Positions 1 to 10,500 of a stretch of 60,854 bases of DNA are shown one piece after another. Source of the stretch: a virus (Duplodnaviria; Caudoviricetes); IMG/VR virus record IMGVR_UViG_3300005609_000008, positions 1 to 60,854 of that record. One strand, given 5' to 3'. Under the pieces are notes generated by a model, which saw nothing but the letters and a program-made list of their open reading frames with translations, made no database searches and was not told where the DNA came from. The position numbers and the translations under genes were made by a program. Every line of letters begins with the position of its first letter. Positions within the stretch are counted from its first letter, which is position 1.

Positions 1-31
1 ATTTTTATTTACACCAAATCTCAACAATAAA

Positions 32-1048
32 ATGCAACACAGACCTAGATTAGACGAAGAAGAATATGAGTTAATTAAAGATCATAGAGCATTAAAAAAA
101 GAAGCTGACGAAGTTGGAATACCTATAGAAGATATAAGTCATTATTGGCATAAAGGAAAACACTTCTCTATTCATGCTAAAAAAGGAAATATATCTATAC
201 ATAAATTAAGAGACGCAATAATAGAGGAGATGGATAAACACTCTCCTTCATATCCGAAAATAAAAAGAAAAAAAAATAATGATTCTCACTTACTAGTTAT
301 CGATCCTGCTGATATACATATAGGAAAACTAGCCTCATCATTTGAAACTGGAGAGGATTATAACTCACAAATAGCAGTTAAAAGAGTCAAGCAAGGGGTT
401 GAAGGAATAATAAATAAATCACAAGGGTTTAATATAGATCAGATTTTGTTTATTGGAGGTAATGATATATTACATGTTGATGTTCCTTCTCGAAAGACTA
501 CATCAGGCACACCACAAGATACAGATGGGATGTGGTATGACAATTTTCTTACTGCAAAAAAACTATACGTAGACATAATAGAAATATTATTAGACATAGC
601 AGATGTTCACTTTGTTTATAACCCTAGTAATCATGACTACGTTTCTGGATTTATGTTGTCAGACTCAATAAAATCTTGGTTCAGAAAATGCGATAACATA
701 ACCTTTGATTGTAGCATTGCACATAGAAAGGGATACAAGTATGGTAAAAATTTAATTGGAACTACTCATGGAGATGGAGCAAAGATTGCTGACCTTCCAC
801 TTATAATGGCTAATGAGTTTTCTAAATGGTGGGCAGAAACAAAACATAGGTATGTATACACCCACCACGTACATCACAAGAATGCAAAAGATTATCATGG
901 GATAACTGTTGAGTCTCTAAGGTCTCCTAGTGGAGCAGACTCTTGGCATCATAGGAATGGATATGGTGTTGGTGGAATAAAAGCAGTAGAAGGATTTATT
1001 CACTCAAAAGACCATGGACAAATAGCTAGATTAACTCATATATTTTAA
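32..1048 (+). CDS. Calcineurin-like metallophosphoesterase
   Basis: Motifs DIHIGK, GGNDILH, PSNHD, HGD and HHVHH occur in the canonical order. Confidence 0.8.
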   Translation: MQHRPRLDEEEYELIKDHRALKKEADEVGIPIEDISHYWHKGKHFSIHAKKGNISIHKLRDAIIEEMDKHSPSYPKIKRKKNNDSHLLVIDPADIHIGKLASSFETGEDYNSQIAVKRVKQGVEGIINKSQGFNIDQILFIGGNDILHVDVPSRKTTSGTPQDTDGMWYDNFLTAKKLYVDIIEILLDIADVHFVYNPSNHDYVSGFMLSDSIKSWFRKCDNITFDCSIAHRKGYKYGKNLIGTTHGDGAKIADLPLIMANEFSKWWAETKHRYVYTHHVHHKNAKDYHGITVESLRSPSGADSWHHRNGYGVGGIKAVEGFIHSKDHGQIARLTHIF

Positions 1049-1054
1049 AAGCAA

Positions 1055-1240
1055 ATGATTAACCCTTTAGATGAAAAAAGATTAAAACACATTAACCATC
1101 TAATGGATGACATCCACGATCAATCTAGTAGTGTATATGAAAGCTTAGTTGATAAAGATTTTAATCAAGCAGAACAAGACATTAATCAACTTATATCAAC
1201 ATTAAACAATATAAAGTCTAGTTTTAAAGACGAAATTTAG
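1055..1240 (+). CDS. Hypothetical protein (61 aa, helical)
   Basis: ORF 6 nt downstream of the phosphoesterase on the same strand. Confidence 0.7.
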   Translation: MINPLDEKRLKHINHLMDDIHDQSSSVYESLVDKDFNQAEQDINQLISTLNNIKSSFKDEI

Positions 1241-1251
1241 AAAAATTTTAG

Positions 1252-1259
1252 TATCTTTG
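1252..1259 (+). promoter_or_regulatory. Bacteroidota-type -7 promoter element (TATCTTTG)
   Basis: Exact TAnnTTTG match in intergenic DNA, with no ORF between it and the terminator. Confidence 0.6.
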
Positions 1260-1265
1260 AAGTCT

Positions 1266-1376
1266 CTAAAACATCAATTGAATAATTTTCGGTCAATTCT
1301 GTTTAGTTTATGTAACTTTCTAATTGTTTACAAAAACTGGTTAATAGCGAAAGAGCCTCTTAATTGAGGCTTTTTT
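1266..1376 (+). ncRNA. Candidate ~110-nt sRNA antisense to early-gene leaders
   Basis: Lies between a promoter element and an intrinsic terminator. Contains TTCTAATTGTTT (1318-1329), the reverse complement of the repeated leader AAACAATTAGAA. Confidence 0.5.
1351..1376 (+). terminator. Intrinsic terminator at the convergence of the two arms
   Basis: AAGAGCCTC-ttaatt-GAGGCTTTT stem followed by a T tract. Confidence 0.8.
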
Positions 1377-1524
1377 ATTTCCTTTTTCTTTTCCTTCTTT
1401 TTTTCTTAGATAGTTTAGACTTTTTAAATCCATCTGTCGCATAGTAAAGCTTTACTTGTTTGTCAGTAAACACTCTACCACTTGGACTTACATTTCTATT
1501 TCTACCTGCTTTTGTGAATGGCAT
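1375..1524 (-). CDS. Small basic protein (49 aa, MPFTKAGRNR...KKKRRKRKRK)
   Basis: Hand-translated; starts 5 nt after the stop of the giant ORF; below the ORF-track cutoff. Confidence 0.65.
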   Translation of the reverse strand: MPFTKAGRNRNVSPSGRVFTDKQVKLYYATDGFKKSKLSKKKRRKRKRK

Positions 1525-1529
1525 AATTT

Positions 1530-4500
1530 TTAGTTTGGTCCAAATGGAGATGAACCTTTTCTGTTGCTACTTGGTCCAAATGGAGATGATTGTTTTTTTC
1601 TTTTCTTAACTGGAGGCGTATAGTCATACATCTTATCCTTTTGTTGTTGTCTTAACTTACGTGCTTTTCGTTTTAACTCTTTCTCTGCCTGCCTTGTTTC
1701 ATATCCTGGAGAGTCAGGTCCAAACGTTATCTCCCATAAAGAAAAGTTATACCTCTTCATATCAGATTCACTGTCATAGCCTTGAAGCATCTCTTCTTTT
1801 CTTTTCTTTTTATTGGCAGCATCTTTCTTAGCCTTTCGTAACCCTTTATACATATCTGCTAATACTATCTTTCTTATGTCTTTGTAGAAAGGAATAAACC
1901 CTAGCACACCAAATGTTTCTAGTGGAAGCCTTATAAACCTTTCATCTTGTTGTCTTTCAATAGCATCAGGTTGCACCCTGTCTGATTCAAATAATTTATT
2001 TATTCCAAACTCAAGAGTTTTTATCATAGGACTGTATGCAGCAAATAAGTTTGGAGCTATATCTGCAAACTGAGGAGGTCTACCACTCTTTCCTTCTGGA
2101 ATAATAGTGTACTGTATGGCATCCCTATACTTGTCGTAATCTCCATCTCTAAGGAATTGACCATACGCTTCATTAAGATTTTCTAAACCAAGGTTTATAA
2201 TACTCTTGGTTGCATTACCAAAGTCTCTACCAAACAGTAAAGATGTAAAGGCTGACACCATTGCTTGCCCTAACATTTTATCAACAGACTTCATGCCTTG
2301 TTCGTCATCATCTTCAAACTGAAAGTTTGAGAAATCAAAGTCTTCATCATCATCATCTTCAGTTAAGTCTTTAATAGCTTCTGCTACAAGTGTACCCATA
2401 AATGTATATGCTATCATACGAGTTGTTACACCTGCAAGTAAAGCAGCACCCTGTCTTTTGTTGACTTGTCCGTTACCTACGGCAGCCATTATTCCTGTTC
2501 TAGCAGTTATGTATTCAAAGATTAAAAACCTAGTCATAAATCCATTAAAAGCATTAAACCCTCTTAATAACATTCCTTGATTTGGTTTTACAGTTCCTTT
2601 AAGGATACCCATAAAAGCATTATCGGTAGCTCCCATAGCTACTGATCTGTTGTCTGCTAGTGTCTTGGCATCATTCAATTCAGTAGCATACTTATTCATG
2701 TAAGCTTCGTCATTGGCTGCAATCTTATCAAAGTCTGGAGACTTACCAGTAAGTTGTTTGAATCTATTTTCAAATGCACCAAACCACATCGGTTGCATTA
2801 CTAACTTATCAGGTGCAGATATCAATGAATCAGCAGTGAACTCAACACCTTTAATCCATCTTTGACCAGTCTTGTTCCATAACTGTAGTATTGTATTTTT
2901 AACTCTACCTTTAGCTCTACTTGCAGTAACGCCTGCTGCTTGATTTAAAATTCCTGTATCCACAAATTTACCAGACAATCCTGTTGAGAACACCCTGTTT
3001 GTTTGTGTACTATTAAGGTTATTCATAACCTCTTTACCTTCAGGACTTGCTAAAAGTTTTCTATTTTTTATTCCTGAGATTATACCTTTTGGGTCTATAT
3101 AAATTCCTGCAAGTATGTTGCTTAAAAGTTCATATGAAGCTCTAGGAATTCCTGCAAGTATTGCTCTGTATCCTTGCTTTTGTATATAGTCTACTGCTTG
3201 ATCTGCAATGGTGTTTTGAGTTAATGCATTGCTTAATAGGTTTTCTATTGATTCTATAGAAGCATCACGAATGGCATTAAACTTTCTTCTATTACTTACA
3301 GACATGTTTCCATCTTCATCGGATAGATTTTTTTCTATCTGATTAAGTGTTCTTCTAGCAGTTCTAATTGGCTCTGTTAAATTAAAGTCCATTAAAGTAT
3401 ACTTAGCACCTCTTTGAACAGACGCATACACATCAAAGTTTAAAGGCGATACCTTACCTGTTCTTTCAATTAAACTCTTAGCCTTTGTGGATGGCTTTAA
3501 GTATTTATTAAACATATCAGATATTTGAGATGTCTCCGTTTCAATAATATCTGCTTTAGAAACATCAGGTATAACACTCAAGTGAGTATAATTTTTAAGA
3601 GGTGTAATCTTGTTTCCTCTAATTATATTAGCAGTATAAACTGCCTTGTCAGTCATAGACTTATTTATTTCCTCTAGTGTTCTTATTGAATTTCTTTCTG
3701 CAACATTAAAGGATTCATATAGTTGGTCAATATCAAAAGGCTTTGTTCCGTTAGCCGTATATTTATCAAGTATCTCCTGAAGCATTTTAGCATCAGTCTC
3801 GGTGTAACTTGTTGTCTCTGTCTTTATTCTTTTGATAGTGGCTTTCAAAAAGTCTTCAACACTATTCACTTGATTACTATCTGGGTTACTTAAAAACTCT
3901 TGCTGAATAAGATAAGACATCTGCTTATACTTAGACATAATAACCTTATTTGGGTTACGACCAAAAGATTTAAACACTGCCTGCTCTACTTTTTCTATTT
4001 TAGCCTGCACCTCTTTTATAGCCTTAGTGTATTTAGCTGAAGCTTCAGCAGACCTTTTAAATATAGAATTAAATATATCTTTAGTTTTAAAGTCTCCAAA
4101 GACTTGGTCAATATAAAAAGTAGGGTTACGTCTTATTAATTCTAAAGTAGGAGACTTGCCTGTTCTTCCAATTTTAGATTTAAGGTTTGCATAAATCTTA
4201 CTTAGTGGCAATAACTTACTTCTCTTTATTGCGTTAGTACCTACCTTAGCATCATTGATAGCATTCATTTTGCCTACCATTATTTGAGCATAGTGTGGCA
4301 GGTATCCGTTGTTTATGTTATCAATTACTTTGAATAAATTTTTCAGGTCATCCAAAGACAAGTCATTAATTGCATCAGTCTTTAAAAGTTTCTTAAACCT
4401 TTTAGCTAAGTCTCTTTCTAGCCTGCTTGGGAAAACCGATGGGTCAACTTCTTTTGTTGCCTTTACATCCTTAATAACCTCTTGTCTTTCTGCTTCAATT

Positions 4501-7500
4501 TCTGCTTTCTTTTCTTGTGTTTCTGCTTCAATTTCTGCTTCCGTTTTAGGTGTTGCAATCTCAGATTTAATCTGAGACTTGTATTTCTTCATCACCTCAT
4601 ACTCACGTTCATCTATAACCTCATTGTCAAGCATTTCTTTTATAGTTGCAGCATAGTCCACTCCATTGTCACCCATAACCTTTTCTGCATTTTTATACCT
4701 GTCTGCAAGCTCAATAGCCATAGAATACTCCTCGTCTAACTGCTGAAGAACATCCTCAGTTAGTTGTATAACTTGTTCCATTGGAGGTAGTGACAAAACA
4801 CTTTCTCTCTTTCCAAATATGTTAATCAACTCCATGTATTGATCTAACACAGAGTCAGGTATTAGAGATGGTTTTACAGAGAACAGTCTCTGTAGTTGGT
4901 CTACCAATCCTTCAGCGATACCTATCTTTGTGGACACATTCTTTCTAGCCTTACCTTTCTTGGCATTCGCTATCATCATTTTATTTCCGTAATCAGCGTC
5001 ATTGAATACCTTTGTCATATACTCCACAAACCTTTCTACAGTGATTGGGTTGTTAAAGTCATCAGGTACTTTGTTTATTACAGACACCATCTTACTTGGC
5101 GTAATCTTTCCTTCCTTTGTAAGCTCTCTTAGTGAGGCAACAATATCTTTCTTGACATCCTTGGCTCTTTTTTTCTGGTCGTTAAGAGCCTTAAATATTT
5201 TTCGTTGTTCGTCTGGAGTTATATTTAAAACATTCTTAATCTCTGTGATTGCCTTCTTTATAGATGACGTTCTCTTTCTTGTTGGTTTCTTACTAGGCTT
5301 TTTCTTTCCACTAGGCTTCTGCTTACGAATAGAAGGTGCGTCTGGGTTAAAAGTTTTATTAGTTCCATCGGCTAACTTAGATTGATTAGATTCAAAAGTA
5401 ACATAAGAGTCTGTAAATTTTTGTTCACCTGTAAACAAATCAAAATCAGAATGAGTTTTAGAAGAGTTTACTGTAGATACAAACCCCCCTGCATCTAACA
5501 ACTCCTTGATTCTATTGTTATCCTGAGAGGTTAACTCTGTGCCTTCATTATTTTCAATAACATACACATTACCTTGATTAGAACTGAATGTTATAAAAGG
5601 TCTAGATTCACTTTCACTTTGTAAAACTACATCCCCAACAAACACATTACCATTATTTCTTACATAAATTTTTGAAGATTGTTCGTCAATTATATAACTC
5701 ATTTTAGAGTCTTGAGAATCAAAAGCATTTTCATAGACCAACCCATCATACCCCTCGTTTTCTAACACACTTATTAAAGCATCACTTTGTTTGGTGACTA
5801 AAGTATTGGAATCATAATATTCATCTTCTGTTAGGTTTTCTTCTATATCATAAAATAAATTTTCTAAAGTTTCAAATTGTTCATCATTTATGATGTCATT
5901 CTTTATCAATTGTTGTATTAAAATAGGTGGGTCAAACCTATGGCTATCTTCAACACGAAGAGGATTTCTTATATTTAAAAAAACATTTATTTCTCTTTCA
6001 AATTGTTCACCTTTGGCTATAGATAAATCCTCCTTTATAGATGGTTCTCCAAAATGAAAACCTGTTTCTTTGTACTTAAATACATCAAAATAATTATTTG
6101 TAAAATGTGATACTGGTAATGGTTCTCCATTCTCATCGACAACCTTGCTTGAGTTTTCAGGGTCAGTCTCCCAATTACCAAACCAATTCTTAAATGCAGG
6201 TGTCCGAACTAATTTATATTGTTCAGGAGTTAAATTGCTTGGATTTCCATTTGGAGCTAAATCAATTTGCTTACGAGACTGAGGTGCGTCTTTTATTACT
6301 TTTTCTTGTTTGGTTCTAGGGTTAAACATTATTGGAAACCCTTCAGGATTTTTACCAAATGAAAGGTAATACCCTGTAGGAGTACCTCTTCGTCTTCCTT
6401 CTGTAATATATCTTGTTTCTACCCTAAGACCAAAACGTCTAGCAGCTCTTTGTAGTTCTCCAAGTGGCGTAGTTCTATATGGAATGTATCCATTCTTTTT
6501 CATATAAAATGTATCAGCCATCTTGTTAAGACGCTTCATATCAATCTGCTTACGTGATTGTGGAGCATCAGAAATATCTGCAGGAATTATAGATGTTTTC
6601 TGCTTACGAGACTGAGGTGCGTCTTTTTTTATTTCAGCTTTTACAGTAGCCACTTTAGGTCCTGATCCTGCACTACTTGATACGTTAGACGACTTAAAGT
6701 CTTTAGTATTTTCTCTTGTAGAAACTACTGCTCCTGACTTGTTAAATTTTGTATAAGAATCGGTAACCTCAGTGCTTTGATAAAAATTTGTAGGTTGAAC
6801 AATAGTTTTTATTTTGGCTTTTACAGTCCATGCAAAAGATGGGTGATAATCAGCGTCTCCCTTTTTTGGTCTTGAAGGAGTTTCAAAAGTAGTATTATCA
6901 AATTCAACAAGACCTATAATATCAAATTTTTGACTTCCTAAATTCATAGGGTCTTCTAATAACTCAGCAAATTGAATTTTATTTTTAACACCTAAAGCAG
7001 CTTGAACTTTTTTGTTTGAAGCTATTTTATCGTTTAATATTTTTCTTAAATCTGGTGAATAATTATTATCAATATCTAAAAGCTCTACTAATCTTTTAGG
7101 ATTTTCTATAAAATCATTTAAGTTGTTTGTGTTTTTTAATTTAGGAAGGTTACTTCCTTCTTTTGATTGTGCTTTTTTATATTTTTTATTAAATATATTT
7201 AATGCATTTTGACCATTCTTACTTTTTAAACCATCATTAAAACTTTCAATCAACTCTTGATTAGTTAGTATATTATTATCTAATAATTTTTCAGTTAACT
7301 GCTCAAATATATTTTGTTGAAACTGCCAAGAACCTTCTTTAGTTCCTACGTGTGGAGCAAATAAATTTGCATTTCCATCTATAGCATTTTTAATAAATCC
7401 TTCAGCTTGACCTTGAGTGTTAAAAGCAGCAACATTAGAAACTTCTCCTAATTTAGTTCCTGTTTTTTCCATCATATCAGCAACATAATTTTTACCTCCA

Positions 7501-10500
7501 TACAAGTCAAGTACAATACCAGCACCAATATTAGTTGGTCCAGCATTTGTAAAGTCATACATATTAGTTACAAAATTTTGCCCTCTATAATCTTGCAAGT
7601 CTTTTTGAATTATATTTTTTGCATAATCTCTAGTGTCATCTTTTATGTTTGGAGCTTTTTGTTTTCTGTCTTTAAAAGTAAAAGTAAAAGTACCTACTTG
7701 ACCAGAACCTCCTTGCTCTTCAACTTCGAGAATTTCAACATCCTGCTCTGTAATTTCTTGTCCTGCTTTTACCTTTGCAGAAACTACATTTAGCAAGTCA
7801 ATAACCTCAGCATCAGTAAACTTCTTAACTCCTAGTATCTTAGCTAGTTTGTTAACCCATCTCTGTACTAAGTTCTGAGTAGGTGCATCCATTTTTGGCA
7901 ACTCTGATGCTAGTAATCCAAACAACTCGGCAATACTCTCCTCACTCTCAAGTGCAGACTCATATTTATCAGAATGTTTCTTTAGTTTCTCTAGTAACTC
8001 TGGCGATGCAGTTTTTTTAACTGCCTTAAACATCCTGTCAGTGATGGCTTTAGCCTGCTTATTAGTGATTCCATTTCTTAGTAACAACGCATGGAACACC
8101 TCGTGTGCAACAGTGTTATCCTGTACCTTTGTTGCGTTTATGTGGATAGTCTTTGTTCTAGGATTATACTCCCCATTTGAAGACTTCTTTATCGTCTCTT
8201 CTCCTGTAGCTTTACGATAAGATGAGTCATCACTATGCAAAACTATTTTAATGTCCTTATCGAGCTTCTCTAAAGCTCTCCTAGCATTATCTATTTGCTT
8301 CTCTACTTTAGTAATTTTCTTTTCTACTTTAGTGACTTGCTTTCTAGGTTTCTGAGTAATCTTTTCTAAAGCCTTCTTAGCCTTTCTAATCTCTGATTTT
8401 TTTTGTTTTAAATCTTCTCTATAAGATTCAATGACACCATCCCTTTCATCTTTTAAATCCTCTTGTTCAGCTACCTTTTCTTCTATCGCTTCAATCTTTT
8501 GTTCCTTTGATAGCTTTTTATCTTTTCTTATTTTAGCCTTCTCTTCCTTAATTCTAGCAACCTCTTCTTTGTAGTTATCTTGTTCAATGGTTATCTCCTC
8601 TAAAATGGTTTCAGCACTCATCTGATCATTCTCAATCTCATTCTCAAGCCTTGATATTTCTGGGTCAGTCTGAGGCGTGGCAGGAGTTTTTAATTTGAAT
8701 CGTTTCGTGACATCTTTAACAAAGTCATTAAATTGATTATCAGTCATAGCAATCAAGTCTTCTACCTTCACTGATATTCCTCCCATTATAACTTCTCCGT
8801 TGTCTTCTCTAAAGTTTGGACTAAGTTCTACAACTTGATTTACTCTTTCATTTCCTTCAGGTGTCACCTCAACTTGTTCTTCTACTTTTACTTCTGCTTT
8901 AGGAGTAGGAGCAGGAGCAGGAGCAGGAGCAGGAGTAGGAGCAGGAGCAGGAGTAACTATCATATCAACCCCTACCTTTGTTCCATCACCAAAGGTTTCT
9001 GCATACGCAGGAGCATTTGCAATGATATCTTTAGCCATTGTTTTTGTACCTACCTCAATTATTTGTCCTGTAACTTTATTGACAACCCACCATTTATCAC
9101 TTGTCTTATTTCCTTCTTCATCAAATAAAGCCTGTTCTTGTCCTTTACGATTATCTAGTATTTCAAAATCTTTAGACCATGTTTTTTTATTGGTCTTGTT
9201 CATTTCGTAAACCACTTCATCATCAACCTCTACCTCAGCTTCAGGCGTTACATCCAAGCCTGCTGCTTTACGCTGCCTGTCAGACATTCTAGATTCTAAC
9301 TTAGGATTTATTACAGTCTTAATATCTACCTCTTCAGTGCTTTTAACATCTCCTTTTGTACTAACACTAACATATTCTTCGTTTGTGAGTGTGTTATCTT
9401 TTGAAATTGTTTCCCTAAAAAAAACAGCACCTTCTTCATCTGAAATTTGCACCTTCCTGCTACCATCAAGTTGAGTGGTTACTGTAGCAATGTTTGTTTC
9501 CCCATTACCATCTTCATAGGTAATATTTTGTTGCGATACAGGTACTTGAGAGTCGTTATATCTTTCTTCTTTTACCTCTGTCTCTTCTTTAGAAGTAACC
9601 TCTACCTCTGTATCCGTTTCTGTTTGCTGGTCTTTATTAAACAACTCAACTGCTCGTTCTAAATTTTGTTGCTCAGTTATTTCAAACTCCTCATCACCCT
9701 TTGCCTCAGACTCTTCTACTAACTCTTTACTAGCCTGCTCTATATATTTTAATTGCTCACTCTGTTCAAGTTCTCTAAAGGCATCTACCTCAGTGTTAAC
9801 CTCAGCTTCTAGCTGATTTTCTTGTAAATCTTTTATTTTAGATTTAAGTATACTAGCCTTTTCCTTAGCAACCTCAGTCTTGTTTCCTTCTAATTTACTA
9901 AGCTCTAGTTGTAGCTTTGTTATTTCAGCTAAAGTCTCAGGGTTAATATCAGGATTAGCCTCTAGTATTAATCTCTCAGTATTTAATTGTAATATTCTAT
10001 CAGAAAGTTTTTCTGCTCTACCTTCGTAATCGTTGTCAATCTTTATTTTTGTAGACTGTAGTTGGTCTAAAGTCATGGTCTCTATAAGGTTGTCTATAGT
10101 CTCTACGTCTACCTTCTTTCCGTTTACCCTATACTTTGGCTTCGAAAACCTTGCAGATATAACATCCTTTACCCCACCTGGTGCTTCAGCAATACCCTCT
10201 AATGCAATCTCAGAGATATCCATCTCTTGACCAATCACACCTCTAGCAGTAGCTTCACCTAAAGACCCACCTACAGATTCAATTCCTGACGCAGCTAAAA
10301 CAGATTTAATTTTTGTGCCTTTAGTTGCACCTTTACCAGCTTTACTAAGAATTTTACCTGCAACCTTACCACCTAACCTACCTGTAAACGCATCAATTAC
10401 ACCAATGGTTAGACCTCTAGCTAATGCTCTGTTTCGTAGACTCGTATATATTTTATCATCATTTAATGCCTCTCTAATTTTTTCAGGAGTAAGCTCTCCC

